This document shows positions 33,124 to 48,274 of a stretch of 64,000 bases of DNA, piece after piece (positions within the stretch are counted from its first letter, which is position 1; the number at the start of each line of letters is the position of its first letter). The notes beneath the pieces are model-generated. The model did no database searches, had not been told where the DNA came from, and saw nothing but the letters and a program-made list of their open reading frames with translations. This DNA comes from Chrysomallon squamiferum (taxonomy: Eukaryota; Animalia; Mollusca). The stretch lies in NCBI GenBank assembly GCA_012295275.1, contig CM022674.1:15624001-15688000 (forward strand). The letters run 5' to 3'. The position numbers and the translations under genes were made by a program.

Positions 33124-34489
33124 TTGTTGTTTTCTCGATAGGGAACGGTAACATCATGCGCCTTCCGAGTACGGGCGAATGGGTGTCATACGTTCAAGTT
33201 TCCTTAGCGGCATCTGACGGAGTTTGTGAGGTCGTGACCGACTTTGTTTCCTGAGCCAGTGCGTAACCGAATATTGTCTATGTGCAGAGTCTAATCAGAT
33301 GTAAATAAGACAGAGAATATTAAAATCATAAAATACCTACATGCATACATTCACGTACTAACATAAATCATATAAAGTAAATACATGGACATATTTATAA
33401 ATATAATTTTTTTTTCTAATTTAACACAGATGTTAACATTTCAAAGCTGGAGTTATTGCAGACAAAATTTAAATAGAATAATAAAAACTACTTACAATGT
33501 ACGGAAGATGGTTACTGCAAGCACAGATGGTGAAAACACACATTAACAATGGACAATGTATTTCGAATGTGCCGTCTGATTCACTCTGGTGTCTGCCATC
33601 GACGACGTCGACGGCAGACAAAACCTCCCAGCATGATACTTGACGACAGCAATACGTTTCATGTGTTTCAGCAACAGCATGGTATCCAGGGTCCATACGA
33701 AACCGATACACAGAGCGAAACACGTGAGAATAACAAAAAACACTGCAAACCCGTCACCCAGTTCGTACGGAATGAATCTGCAGTGGTCTACACTTTCAAG
33801 GCTGCCGTTGGTGGCTCCTATGTATGGTAAGATCCCCGCTAGAATTGAAGACTAAGACACATCAAAATAAGAAGTTCTGAGACTCTGAACGTTATCGTTG
33901 CCCACACGTAAAAATCACACACCTCCTCTGTCCAGTCTACCTGCCCCAGGTAAATGACCGCAGGTACAGGTAAGAGTATCACCGCGTTTAAAGACATCGT
34001 TACAAACAGCGACAGCAACCCTATGTCGACGCGTGCAAGTACGGCTTGTGGGGTGAGACGATGACGATGGCGAGGACATTCTAGGACTGGTCAAAGTTGA
34101 CTCTTAACAAGATCCAGACAAAACTTTATTGGCAAAGCACTACATCCCACTTTGAAAAACTGTTTTTGTAGAAATAGAAACTGTTTCTTTTGAATTTTAA
34201 AATACAGTATTAACAATTACCTGTTTCACTTAAAAGTGGCCATGCTTTGTGGATGCGAGGAAAAGCTATCGATCGTTGTTTCTCAGGTGCGCGCGCTGCG
34301 CATGCCTAGTAGCTATCAAAATACGTTACCCTGACGTTGATCGCAAGAATTATATTGGTCGTTTGCTTCGTTTATATTCACCAAAATCTGTTTAGTTACT
34401 TCTTAATTTGGCCTACTTTAAGCCACTGTGAGAAAAAAAAAAAAATAAATACTGTCATAAAGATATTTAGGTGACTAAAGATAATACTG

Positions 34490-34559
<70 letters not shown>

Positions 34560-36197
34560 GCGACAACAACCATAAATTATAATATCAGAAACGACAACAA
34601 AGGTGATAATTTTTATCAATGCCCACTGCAATAACTGTTATTTAGCTGGTTTATAAGTAGACAATATAAATACATGTATATTAACACATCAGATAATTAT
34701 TTCACATTTTACCTAGTTTGTTAGCTAACGTTTGATTGGTTTATAAGTAGACAATATAAATATATGTATACTAACATTTCACCTAGTTTGTTAGCTAACG
34801 TTGTTATGCACAGTATTTAAGTATATTTATTTGTTCGTAAAGATTATATCATAATAAATTATCCGCAACATTACATAAGGCATTATATTCATACTTATGC
34901 TTATTCATTATATTTCATATCTGCATATTAATGAAAATTATTATTTCAGTATTTTACTTTCGCATATTAATATGTTATTATAATTATTGTTACACATGGA
35001 TGATATGCTTCTCCCTTTCATAATTGAGCCCAATATTGTCAGAGAATAGGAGATAATTGAATTTTCCTAAAAACTGACTTATCAGTCACTGGAAATATTC
35101 AGCTTATTCCTGATTTGTTTTAATAATTATTAGTTTACATTGTCACATTGATAATAGTTAGGATGTAACAATTATTCTAAACATTTTGTTTTAAATCAAA
35201 TGTAATTTGTTATTACAAATGTCATTTTACATTTTCATACTGATAATGATAATTGTCACGGAGTTGAGAAGGCCTAACAAATTCATATTTCTGCTACACC
35301 CGGCTGGTTATTTTTATGTCATGCAATTGATAGCATGGAAATAAAATTGCGTAATCAACTGTTCTTCAGTCACATCGGCACTTTTTATTTTTGAGACCCT
35401 GGAATTGAAATTGCGTAATCAACTGTTACTTCAATCACATCCGCGCTTTTTATACTCGCCGCCAATTTTTCAAATGCATGGTCTTGTTTTAAAAGGGCTG
35501 GAATTTGGTAATTAAAGAGAGAAGGAAAAGGCCAACACGATAGTTCAGTCAGGAGGGGAACTAATGTTTTTGAATGACATTGTCTTTACGAACGACTGTG
35601 GTAAGCAACTGTCTACTCTTCTTTTGATAGGGTGTAATGTGCAACTAACCTGTATCAATATCATTTAATATCCTAAAATTGTGTTGGTTCCCCGTATCAC
35701 CTTACTCGTATCGATAATCAAAATTACTTAAATATAAGTTTTTATCGATTGTATAGTGTATTTTTATCAAGTCACCTGTGTATCACAGTTAAATGATTAA
35801 CTTGAACGATAAAATGTGTTGTGTTTCTTTCCCTAGTGGATTGATAGAATTATTGATTTATATAGACTGCTTTCAATTAAGCATTTATATTCCTTCTTAG
35901 GTGACCATTAAAGCACACTGTTACCCCAGACTGAACCTTGACAAAACATACAATATGCTTAATGATGTGGGCCCCGTGACAATATATATATATTTAATTA
36001 TGTATGAATATATGTTTGTATACATGTATGTATTTTGTATATATCCATGCTTGCATGTATGCATCTATTAACTTTTGACCAAAAAAAAAAAATTAAATAA
36101 ATAAATAAATAAATAAAATACACAAATAATTTAAGAAACAAATAAAAATAAATAATCAAATAACAAACAAGAAAAACACCAATAAATAAATAAATAA

Positions 36198-36320
<123 letters not shown>

Positions 36321-37681
36321 AAAAAAAATATGATCCTTTTATTACAGAGAATAAGCCAAATATATTCAAATCTAGATTTAACACTGGCATACATTTTAAG
36401 TATTTTTTCTTCACAGAACGCACTTTTATGTTAGAAACGAAGAATATTTTACAAACTTTTTTATACAGTACAACTCATATCATAGTTTTTATATGAAGTC
36501 AGCAAAAACAAGCACGAATGTGAAAAAGCCGGGATCAATCCTTAACGTTTCAAACATCAGTAATAGTTTTCAAAAATGTAAAATGCAATTTATCAATCGA
36601 TTGTCAGTTTGACTGGTTTGGCAAGATTGTGAAACCAAAATTTAACCAAAGGTGAGTGCTATAAATTTAAATTCACCCATTGTAAATCTTAAATATACAA
36701 GGAAACCATTTATAAATATAAGTCAGAAACAAAACACTTTTAAATCCATCAGCAAACCTAACTGAAATAAACGATACAAATACGTTTTATTTTTTATTTT
36801 TTTCATTAATTTTTATTATTACTTTTAATATTATTATTTTTTTTATTATGAACAACACATTCCAGTAAATTGTAATTTTGTTTCTTTATTTATTTTGACT
36901 TTCTTTCGCAGTGTAATAATTCATATCTATTACGCTATTACTATTGTCTCATATCAGCTGAGAAAGATGCGGACTTTTCATTCCAGTTTCAGCTCAGAAC
37001 AGAAGATTCTCAAATTTTCATTACAGTTTTATTTCAAAACAGAAGATGCTCGAATTTTTCATTACACTGATACCACTCTCCATTTTATATAACATTCATA
37101 AATGATTTAATTTTTGTAGTTTTCTGTTAAATAAGCCGTTTAAGTGTTATATTTACTTATATAAATATATTGTTTTATGCTGATATAATTATATTTATTT
37201 ATCTAAATATGTAGTTTAATTTACATATACAATTATATTCGGTTTTTTTCTACATATGTACATATATATAAAGAATGATTGAAATGTTAAAGTGCACATG
37301 TAATTATATTGTTTTATTTATTTATATATTACTTTATTTTCCTCTACATATCTAAATGTATATTATATTTATTATTTTAACTACACATATTGTTATATTC
37401 TTGTCTTTATTTATATAAATGTAGTCTTTTATTTTCATGTATAATTATATTCTTTTGTATGGATATGAGACATTTTTGTAGACAGCTAATTTCGTGTTTC
37501 CTTGAAAATCTTCTAAGTCAATTTTCATATCGTAGTAACCCTGTCTGGTCAAAAGGTACATGTTCACATTACCTGGGAAGATAAACCAGACCGATACTCG
37601 ATAAATCCGTCGTTCAATACATGGCGATATTTTATTATTTTCTTTATTTTTTTTCTTTAATCATACTCACTCGTATAAACA

Positions 37682-37740
<59 letters not shown>

Positions 37741-40529
37741 TTGATACATCATATTTGTGAACTTACTCACTTATCTTACCAGGTTTTCTATTTTGATTTT
37801 TATTATTTTTCATTAATTACGTACAAAGCCAAAATGTGAGTAAAACGCACAGCATAAAGCAAGGCGAAAACGATGGAAACAGACAAAACAGAGAGAAAAA
37901 TAGTAACAATATATGTAATTTTAACGATAAAAGAATTAATAAAAGTATTGCTCAAAGTTACAAGCCAACCGCTAACATGTCAGATATTTCACAGTACTCT
38001 CTGATTGGTGTGCCATTGTCACGTGGTACAATTGTATTCCCACATACTGACACAAACCAAACATTACATTTATGATACACTAACCCTACACACTATACAC
38101 TGAAATATACAAAGAACAGAAATATGTCCATGTGAAAAATGCAGGAAAATGTAAGAATATACATGAATAATTTACTTATTACCTTGTATGAGGAAACTGA
38201 CATAATAAACTATGTCTGGTTTTTAGTTAAATCATTCCACAATTTACTTGTACATTAGTAGAGTTACCAGACTCGCTGGTATGTAACACTGCTACGGGGC
38301 GTCTAACGTAGTCGTATGCGACCCGTAATTAACACAGTCGTCACGTGACCAAATTAGAACCCCGCAACAGCCATAACACTCCTCCCCCAAATTACCACTA
38401 ACTATACATACAGACCTCCATGTATCAGGTAGATAGCTACCCGATTTGGCTCGGCAGTGACGGTATTCAGAGAACAAGGTCATATATGAATTTATATTTA
38501 GCCAATGCTAAATCACTAGAAACACAACAACACAAGTTTAAATTTAAAGAATGTATGTATTATATGATCTAACAATAGATATTTACCCTGTAAGATTACA
38601 ATGCTTACACGGCCGATTAGACTTCCATGCCATAAAATTACTCTCACCACATTAGTGAACATACGGGGGATATTAAATATGTTTATCCCTCAAGGTATAA
38701 TAGCACACACGAAGATGTATTTGAATATGCAAGTAAATGAAAATAACCTACTACTTAGCAAGATGATCAGATATCCACTATTCTACCCGCTATTTAAGAG
38801 ATAATAATTACACTTTACTTTGATTGGTCTGATCACAGATTATCAGCCATTCTCCAACTAATGGTTATACTACTTCAAGCTATATATAGTTAAATATTTG
38901 TTAGAAAACCACATCAAACTACCTTTCAGTTGCTCAAACAGAGCCTTAAAAACGTATAGTTACCTAAGTCAGCTGGATCTATGTAACTGTCCATCTGAGG
39001 GTTAGCCACACGTCTGTTCTGTACGGTGTAAAAACATTAGCCAAAAATGTTTCTAATTTAAAATCACTTTCATTTTCTTAATTATTCACTATTTCACAAT
39101 TATTAAATAAATATTCCTACTTAAAACTTACATTTATTTTATTATTCACTGTTTTGTCATTATTAAAGCTATATGTAAAAACTATCAGATTAATGGAGAT
39201 TTACATTTGGTTTATAAATTTTGTTAGTATTTTCTAATGATAATTTAGTGAAATGTAAACATTATATGAATGTATCTTCTAATTAATAAGAGAAAACTGC
39301 ACATCTTTTCTTTTCTATGACAATAACAGTAAAAAATAGACTATAATGCAATATATACATATAAAATTATAAACATAATACAAATTTAGTACCACAGAAC
39401 TATTTATTAAAAAAATAATCAATGTCTCACATACATGTATATTTTGTATATGTTTGTATATTTTACATACATATATATATATATATATATATTAAAATTA
39501 CATTTTATATTACCATATCAATTTATGTATAAAAAACATGAATAGAAACATTTTTTAAACAAAAATGTATATAAACTCCGAATGAAAATCCAAGTTTACT
39601 TAGTACAAACATATTCACATTTGATTTAGTATTACAGAACTATTGTGTAAAGAAAATAAAAAACAAAAAAACTTTCCCACAACATTACAATAATACTTTT
39701 CTTAATATAAACATAGTAAACTATTTAGTAATGCAAAATAATTTTGTCAATTAAAAACTATACATTAAATATTCTGCACTCTAATTTAAAACACAACTTT
39801 AATTATAACATCCTGTTTAGCAGATATTTTCACACATAAACAGTCTAACAGCAACACAAGTAATAATCAAATCATCATGAATAATATAATAAATCTGATT
39901 TAAAAACTGCCTGACTTTTCACTTTCTGAATAACATGATCAAAATTAAACTCAATATCATTGTTGTTTTATTATTGCTGGGCAGCGAAACATTTCTTAAC
40001 ATCTTTTTCAATGAAATTGTGCAATAAACACCCCAATCTCTTTCACTGAAATTAAGAATGAAGTGATTTTTTCATAAAGCTATAGGTATTATATTTGTTC
40101 TTGTTATGTTCAAATACAATTGAGAATCAAAAATGTTGAAAGATGCACTAGCTATAAAATATGGTAACAATATTTGAAAAGAAACACAAACTACACAATA
40201 TATGAATACAATATTTGAACAGAAACAGCAGAGTGCACAGTACAGTAATGGAATATCTGAATAGAAGCAATTTACAGTATCTAGATATACACCAGAACAC
40301 ACAGCAATATAGTTACACAAATTTGCACTGTATTTAATTCTTCATCACAATGAATTAGTTCTATAGAAATTACAAACAAAATTTACATTATTCTGTTTAT
40401 TATGAACACCAGTTATATGCAAAAATATTATTTCCGGACCACTTCAAAATGTTTTCACTAGCTGATCTTCCATTTAAAGTGATAGTCGGTGTACATAATG
40501 TACTAAATTCAAAAGGTCAGAGTTTCATA

Positions 40530-43500
40530 TCAAAATGTATTTATGTCACTATCTTTAGCACCATGCTCCAATAAATAGGAAACAATTTCCGTTCTGTAAT
40601 TCTTAGCTATATCAACAGGAGTTTCACCTAGACCATTTTTAACATTTACATCAACACCTTTTTCAATCAGTGCTGTCACAATTTCTACATTTCCATATTT
40701 AGCTGCTAAGTGTAAAGGAGAATTGTTCTCACTGTCTGTTAAATTAGGATCAGCTCCATGTTCCATTAAAACCAAAACTGCTTTTGTCTTATAAGAGGAG
40801 ATAGCTGCTACTTCTAAAAAATCAGATTTGTTGTAATTCAGTGCTGTAAAAAGAGGAGTTTCATCTTGCATATTCCTTATATTTACATCAACACCTTTAT
40901 AAATCAGTGCTGTCACAATTTCTACATTTCCACATTCAGCTGCTAAATGTAAAACAGAATTGTTGTCATTGTCTGTTAAATTAGGATCAGCTCCACATTC
41001 CAGCAAAACCAAAGCAACTTTTGTCTTATCAGATGACATAGCTGGATGTTTTAAAAAATCGAGTTTATAGAAATTCAGAAATGAAGAAAGAGGAGTTAAA
41101 CCTTGGTTGTTCTTAACATTTACATCAACACCTTTTTCAATCAGTGTTGTCACAACTTCTACATTTCCATATTTAGCTGCTAAGTGTAAAACAGAATTGT
41201 TATCATTGTCTGTTAAATAAGGATCAGCTCCATGTTCCAGTAAAAACAAAGCTATATTTGTCTTAGAGGACATAGGTGGATCATTCGAAAAATAAAATTG
41301 ATTGTTTTGCAGAAATGTTGAAAGAGGAGTTTCACCTTTACTGTTCTTAGCATCTACATCAACACCTTTATAAATCAGTGCTTTCACAAATTCTAGATTT
41401 CCATCTTTAACTGCTAAGTGTAAAACAGAATTGTTATCATTGTCTGTTAAATGTAGATCAGCTCCATGTTCCAGTAAAAAGAAACCTGCGTTTGTCCTAG
41501 AGGACGAAGGAGTATCTTCAGAAAAATCAAATTCATAGTTTTTCAGAAAGTTAAAAAGAGGAGTTTCACCATCATTATTCTTAACATTTACATCAAAACC
41601 TATATCAATCAGTCCTGTCACAATTTCTACATTTCCATACTGAGCTGCTAAGTGTAAAACAGAATTGTTAACATTGTCTGTTAAATTAGGATCAGCTCCA
41701 TGTTCCAGTAAAACCAAAGCTACGTTTGTCTTAGAGGACACAGGTGGATCGTTTAAAAAATCAAATTGATTGTATTTCAGAAATGTAAAAAGAGGAGTTT
41801 CACCTTCATTGTTCTTAACATTTACATCAACACCTTGTTCAATCAGTGCTGTCACAATTTCTACATTTCCACATTCAGCTGCTAAATGTAAAACAGAATT
41901 GTTGTGATTGTCTGTTAAATTAAGATCAGCTCCATGTTCCAGTAAAACGAATGCTATATATGTCTTAGAGAACACAGGTGCATCTTGTAAAAAATCAAAT
42001 TGACTGTATTTCAGTAATGAAAAAAGAGGAGTTTCACCTTCATTGTTCTTAAAATTTACATCAACACCTTTTTCAATCAGTGCTGTCACAATTTCTACAT
42101 TTCCATATTTAGCTGCTAAGTGTAAAAGAGAATTGTTCTCACTGTCTGTTAAATTAGGATCAGCTCCATGTTCCATTAAAACCAAAGCTGCTTTTGTCTT
42201 ATAAGAGGAGATAGCTGCTACTTCTAAAAAATCAGATTGATTGTAATTCAGAGCTGTAAAAAGAGGAGTTTCATCTTGCATATTCCTTATATTTACATCA
42301 ACACCTTTATAAATCAGTGCTGTCACAATTTCTACATTTCCACATTCAGCTGCTAAATGTAAAACAGAATTGTTATGATTGTCTGTTAAATTAGGATCAG
42401 CTCCACATTCCAGCAAAACCAAAGCAACTTTTGTCTGACCAGATGACGTAGCTGGATGTTTTAAAAAATCTAGTTTATAGAAATTCAGAAATGAAGAAAG
42501 AGGAGTTTCACCTTGGTTGTTCTTAACATTTACATCAACACCTTTTTCAATCAGTGCTGTCACAACTTCTACATTTCCATATTTAGCTGCTAAATGTAAA
42601 ACAGAATTGTTATCATTGTCTGTTAAATTAGGATCAGCTCCATGTTCCAGTAAAACCAAAGCTAGTTTTGGACTCCGAGAGGTCACAGCTGGATATACTA
42701 AAAAATCGAATTTGCAGAAATTCAGAAATGAAAAAAGAGGAGTTTCACCTTGGTTGTTCTTAACATTTACATCAACACCTTTTTCAATCAGTGCTGTCAC
42801 AATTTCTACATTTCGACTTTCAGCTGCTACGTGTAAAACAGAATTTTTATCATTGTCTGTTAAATTAGGATCAGCTCCATGTTCCAGTAAAACCAAAGCT
42901 ACTTTAGTTTTATAAGAGGACATAGCTGGATCTTGTATAAAATCAACTTTGTTGTAATTCAGAAATGTAATAACAGGAGTTTCGCCTAGACTGTTCTTAA
43001 CATTTACATCAACACCTTTTTCAATAAGTGCTGTCACAATTTTTATATTTCCATGTTTAGCTGCTAAGTGTAGAACACAATTGTTTTGATTGTCTGTTAA
43101 ATTAGGATCAGCTCCATGTTTTAGTAAATACAAAAGTACTTCGTAATCCTGAAACTCAGCAGCTGTAAAAAGAGGAGTTTCACGTCGAATGTTCTTAACA
43201 TTTACATCAACACCTTTTTCAATCAGTGCTGTCACAATTTCTATATTTCCATGTTTAGCTGCTAAGTGTAGAACACAATTGTTTTGATTGTCTGTTAAAT
43301 TAGGATCAGCTCCAAGTTTTAGTAAATACAGAAATACTTCGTAATCCTGAAACTCAGCAGCTGTAAAAAGAGGAGTTTCACGTCGAATGTTCTTAACATT
43401 TACATCAACACCTTTTTCAATCAGTGCTGTCACAATTTCTGTATTTCCATGTTTAGCTGCTAAGTGTAGAACACAGTTGTTTTGATTGTCTGTTAAATTA

Positions 43501-46500
43501 GGATCAGCTCCTTGTTTTAGTAAATACAAAAGTATTTCGTAATACTGAAACTCAGCAGCTGTAAAAAGAGGAGTTTCACCTTGCCTATTCCTTACATTTA
43601 CATCAACACCTTTTTCAATCAGTGCTGTCACAATTTCTATATTTCCATGTTTAGCTGCTAAATGTAAAACAGAATTCTTATCATTGTCTTTTAAATTTGG
43701 ATCAGCTCCATGTTTCAGTAAAACCAAAGCTACTTTTGTCTTCTCAGAGGATATAGCTAGATATTTAAAGAAAGAAAATTTGTTGTAATTCAGATATGTA
43801 ATAAAGGGAGTTTCACCTTGTCTGTTCTTTACATTTACATCAACACCTCTTTCAACTAGTGCTGTCACAATTTCTACATTTCCATATTTAGCTCCTAAGT
43901 GTAAAACAGAATTGTTATCACTGTCTCTTAAATGAGGATCAGCTCCTTGGTTTAGTAAATATAAAGCTATTTCTGGTCTGTGACACATCAAAGATACATG
44001 AAGAGGAGTTTTCTGTTCAGTGTTAATTGCATTTATTTCAGCACCCTTTTTTATTACTTCTTTGACAACATCTATGTCAATTTCAGAGGCTATGTGCAAT
44101 GGTGAATTCTTGTGGTCATCTGTTATATCGGTATCAGCACCATTTTTCACTAACAACAAAGCTATTTCCTTTCTGTGTGTCACTGCGTTTACAACTTCAT
44201 GAAGTGGAGTTTTTCCCTTACTGTTTACTGCATTGACATCAGCATTTCTCTTTATCAGTGAATTTATCATATTTAAGTCACCATACAGAACTGAAATGTG
44301 GAGGGGTGTGTATGATGGCAACAATTCCAAACTAATGTTGACACAATACAACAGTTCGAATTTAATTTCATCATCAAAGAACTGAATCAATTTTTGATTA
44401 ACAACTATATTCACATTAGGATCAGCTCCTTTATCAAGAAGACATTGAACAACATCTGCACTGTTAAACATCACTGCCACTTTCAGTATTATACTTTTCT
44501 TCCAGGTCTCATCTCCGTCATTACATCTCTGCTCAATGAGAAAATTCACTGTATCAGTGGCACCCCATACTGCTGCTGCTAAAAGTACTTTGTCTCTGTT
44601 CTCATCATTCAAACAATCACGTTTCAGTTTTACCATTTCCTTTATAACACCTGAATTACTCTGACAAGCAGCAATAATAGCAATGTCTTTAATTTTGTTT
44701 ATTATATCAATGGTAACCAGTATTTTAATAAGATGCATTACATCATCAACTTCAGAAGTCTTCGACTTCCAAAAATGCCATTTTCTTGAATCAAGTCTTA
44801 CTTGGCTATGGAACCTAACCAATAACAGTTTAATGGCTTTTTCCTTGATTTCACTGGTGTGTTTCTCATTTTTTATCTTTTCAGCTAACAGACATGCAAT
44901 CTTCATATTATCTGAAAAAATAGAAGCAAGTAAAAGATCTGAATAGTCATTGAATTCCATCTCTGTTTCACACTGTAACAGTTCTTCGATTATAGTAACA
45001 CTATCGGTTTTTGAAGAGGCAGCTGCACTGAATGTCTTCAGTTCTGGAATAACACCTGATTTTAGCAACATTTTCACAACATCTTCATCACCAACCAAAC
45101 AAGAAATATTCAAAAGTTTTTTTGTTAGATTTGTTAATTTCATTTTACACAGATATTCAGAGAAAAATCTTGATAATGTTCTTAATCCCTCGACAATACA
45201 CTCACTTTGAACAGATGATGAAATTTCTACATATGTTTCAATATCTATATACCTAAAAAAAGAACACTCTGAATAATCGTCAAGAAGACATGAAATATTG
45301 CTAAATATTTCATCAAGATTGTCTACGTTTACAGATGATATGCACAAATATTCATGTTGATCTTTATGTAGTTGTTGATGCAGTATTTCAGACAATTTAT
45401 CATTAAAGTATTTTTCCTCTATGAGATACTTCACAAACTCTTCATCTTTCAATGACGGATGTGAAATAATGTATTCGGCATAGTTTGATGCCAACAAGTC
45501 AGTAAATCTCCGAGCAAGAACATCAAAGCAGTTAGGTTTCACAGTCATTGTAATGTGACTTTTGTTAGACACTCCAGGCGTCACAACATATTCTAACAAC
45601 ATGGAGACATGACACATTTCTAGCAACTCTGCTGCTTTCTTTGGAAATTGTGATGAAAACATCAGAAACAATGAGTCAAACACTGACTGGTGAATAAATG
45701 TGTATTTATTGCCAAAACACTTCAAATAGGTACCACACATTTCATCAGCTGTTTTCTTTATATCTGTGAGACCAGTGTTATTTAGACTCAAACATACTTG
45801 CTCTAGCAGCCTTACTAATTTCATTATGTCACTGTCAGAGTCATTTTCAAATGGGTCGAGTAACTCATCACTGAGACTGCCTTGCTGAATCAAGATAAGC
45901 AGTAGAACCAGGTAATTGATCTGTGAAGATTTATCATTTTTCAAATTTTCCAGTTGTTGTTTGAGATATTCTACAGGTTTCTCAAAAAACTCAACTCCTC
46001 TGTTCTGTGCATCACTTGAATTAACATAATATACACACACCTGAGGAAATCCTAACTCTGTACATGAACACCGAATGGCAGTGTGTTTATCATCTTCATC
46101 CATTCTAACATTCTTTTGTTCGAGATACTTGTTTAGAATGTTTGACTTCTCACAATAATTCAGACAACATTCATTGCTATGCAGGTCAAGGAGATGATCT
46201 TCATTGAACAGATCAAATTCCTTCAGATTGGCTATAATTTCTGTAAATATTTGTTTTCTTAAAGTAATAATACATCTCACACACTTGTCTTTAACAAGAC
46301 TCCACACCTCTGGAAATAGCTGTTTCCAGCACGACACAAAATCTAATACAAGATTAGTTTTACCAAATATGTCATCAATGAGAACAATACATGGCTTGTC
46401 TTTAGACACAGGAATGTATTTGAAATCAGAGTGATGAGTCACGATGTAAGAGTCTATTTTTTCTTCTTTCTCTATCTGTTTAATAATGTTCAGACCTAGA

Positions 46501-47709
46501 GTTGTCTTTCCTGAACCTGGACTTCCTACTACAATCAGAACACCATTCTTTTTCAAAAGTGTTACTCCTCTTTCTTCTGCTCTTGTTTCAATATAGACTC
46601 TCCAGTCAACTGAGTTTAACTGTGACCTGGTAGACTCTGTATCAGAACATTAAAAAGTAATAATATCTATTACTGACATATTTTAAACATATTTTACTAT
46701 TTAGATATAGATAATATAATTTTTGACTAGTCATGAGATGTGAAGTTTATAAAATAGAGCTGCAGATTTTTGTCATCAATTTAGTTCATCAGAATTTATT
46801 TACCGTAGTATGATATCGGTTTTTAATGGTGTAAAAATAACATAATGATTATCTTCTTATAAAGTAACATCTTTCAGAAGTAAAAAAACAACAACAATAA
46901 AATTAAATTAAAAAAAAAAAATACCTTTGATATGGGATGTTCGTTCATCAGTCTTTGCTGAAATAATATAAAAATAAAACAAGTGAGTTTATATTACTGT
47001 TGATGAGTAAAAGAGAATGATTAATGTGAACTGTACAGTAACTCTGTACTTTATTCATGGAACAATTAACATATAAAATTATTATTATATCTTTCTGAAT
47101 TATTTTACTATAATTATTACTACTAGTATTAAAACTGCTGTTGTTTTTTCTCACTGTTGTTACTTAGTTATTGCTATTGTTCATATTACTATTATTATTA
47201 TTATTATGTTCTTTGTACTGTATTTCAGTAGTTGCAAGTGATAATAATGACAGATGTATTGGCTTGTTTAATTTATGCTGAATTCTCTTAATGAGAAAAT
47301 CTGTATGTATGTCTTTGTGTGTGTGGTTTGTTTTGGGTGGGACAATAATAAGTACATAAGTCAAATGTTCGCCAACAAAACTGCGCTGGCATAACATTTG
47401 TTATTACTATTGTTATATTACACATTATTATATCTTTCAGATTTATTTTACTAGAATTATTACTACTAGTATTAAAACTATTGCTGTTGTCTTTTCTCAC
47501 TATTGTTACTTAGTTATTGTTATTGTTCATATTATTATAATTATTATTATTATTATTAACATTATTATTAATATTATTATTATTATTATTGTTCTTTGTA
47601 CTGTATTTCAGTAGTTGCAAGTGATAATAATGACAGATATAATGGCTTGTTTAATTTATACTGAATTTTCTCAATAAGAAAATCTAGATAAGATTGATGA
47701 CACTTATAA

Positions 47710-47757
<48 letters not shown>

Positions 47758-48239
47758 GGACGACGTCATAAGCACAAAAGATAAAAGTGCTCCAACAAAA
47801 CCGAGCTGGCATAAGATTTGTTATTATTATTGTTATTTTAATTATTATTTTACGAACATTAACAAATCATAAACTTCAAACATTTAGTTCCAAATTATAA
47901 GCACTCCTAGGTAGTCCATTGCTTCAGTTTCTTCAAATTGTCCAACGAGTGTTGGATCTCACAGATTTGGGAAATTTATAAATTACTGATTGGCCAGCAT
48001 TAACATGTGTTCAAACATTTTCCATATGGAACTGTTCTAATCTGAATGCTTCAAGATTAAATTGTTCAGTTTCACAACTCACAAGCATTATTTCTCAGAT
48101 CCATATGTAGATCATCCACTGCACACAGTATGAATAAAATCTGTCATTTGTTAGTATTATTGAATAAAACAATGTTTCAAAAGATGTATAATGTTCTTTA
48201 TATTAAATGCCTGCATCTATGTGTTCGTGACTTTTTGAG

Positions 48240-48274
<35 letters not shown>

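Noticed and set aside
42517-46434. + strand ORFs overlapping the STAND-ANK exon
   Set aside because: They are antisense shadows of a long coding exon with no motifs.
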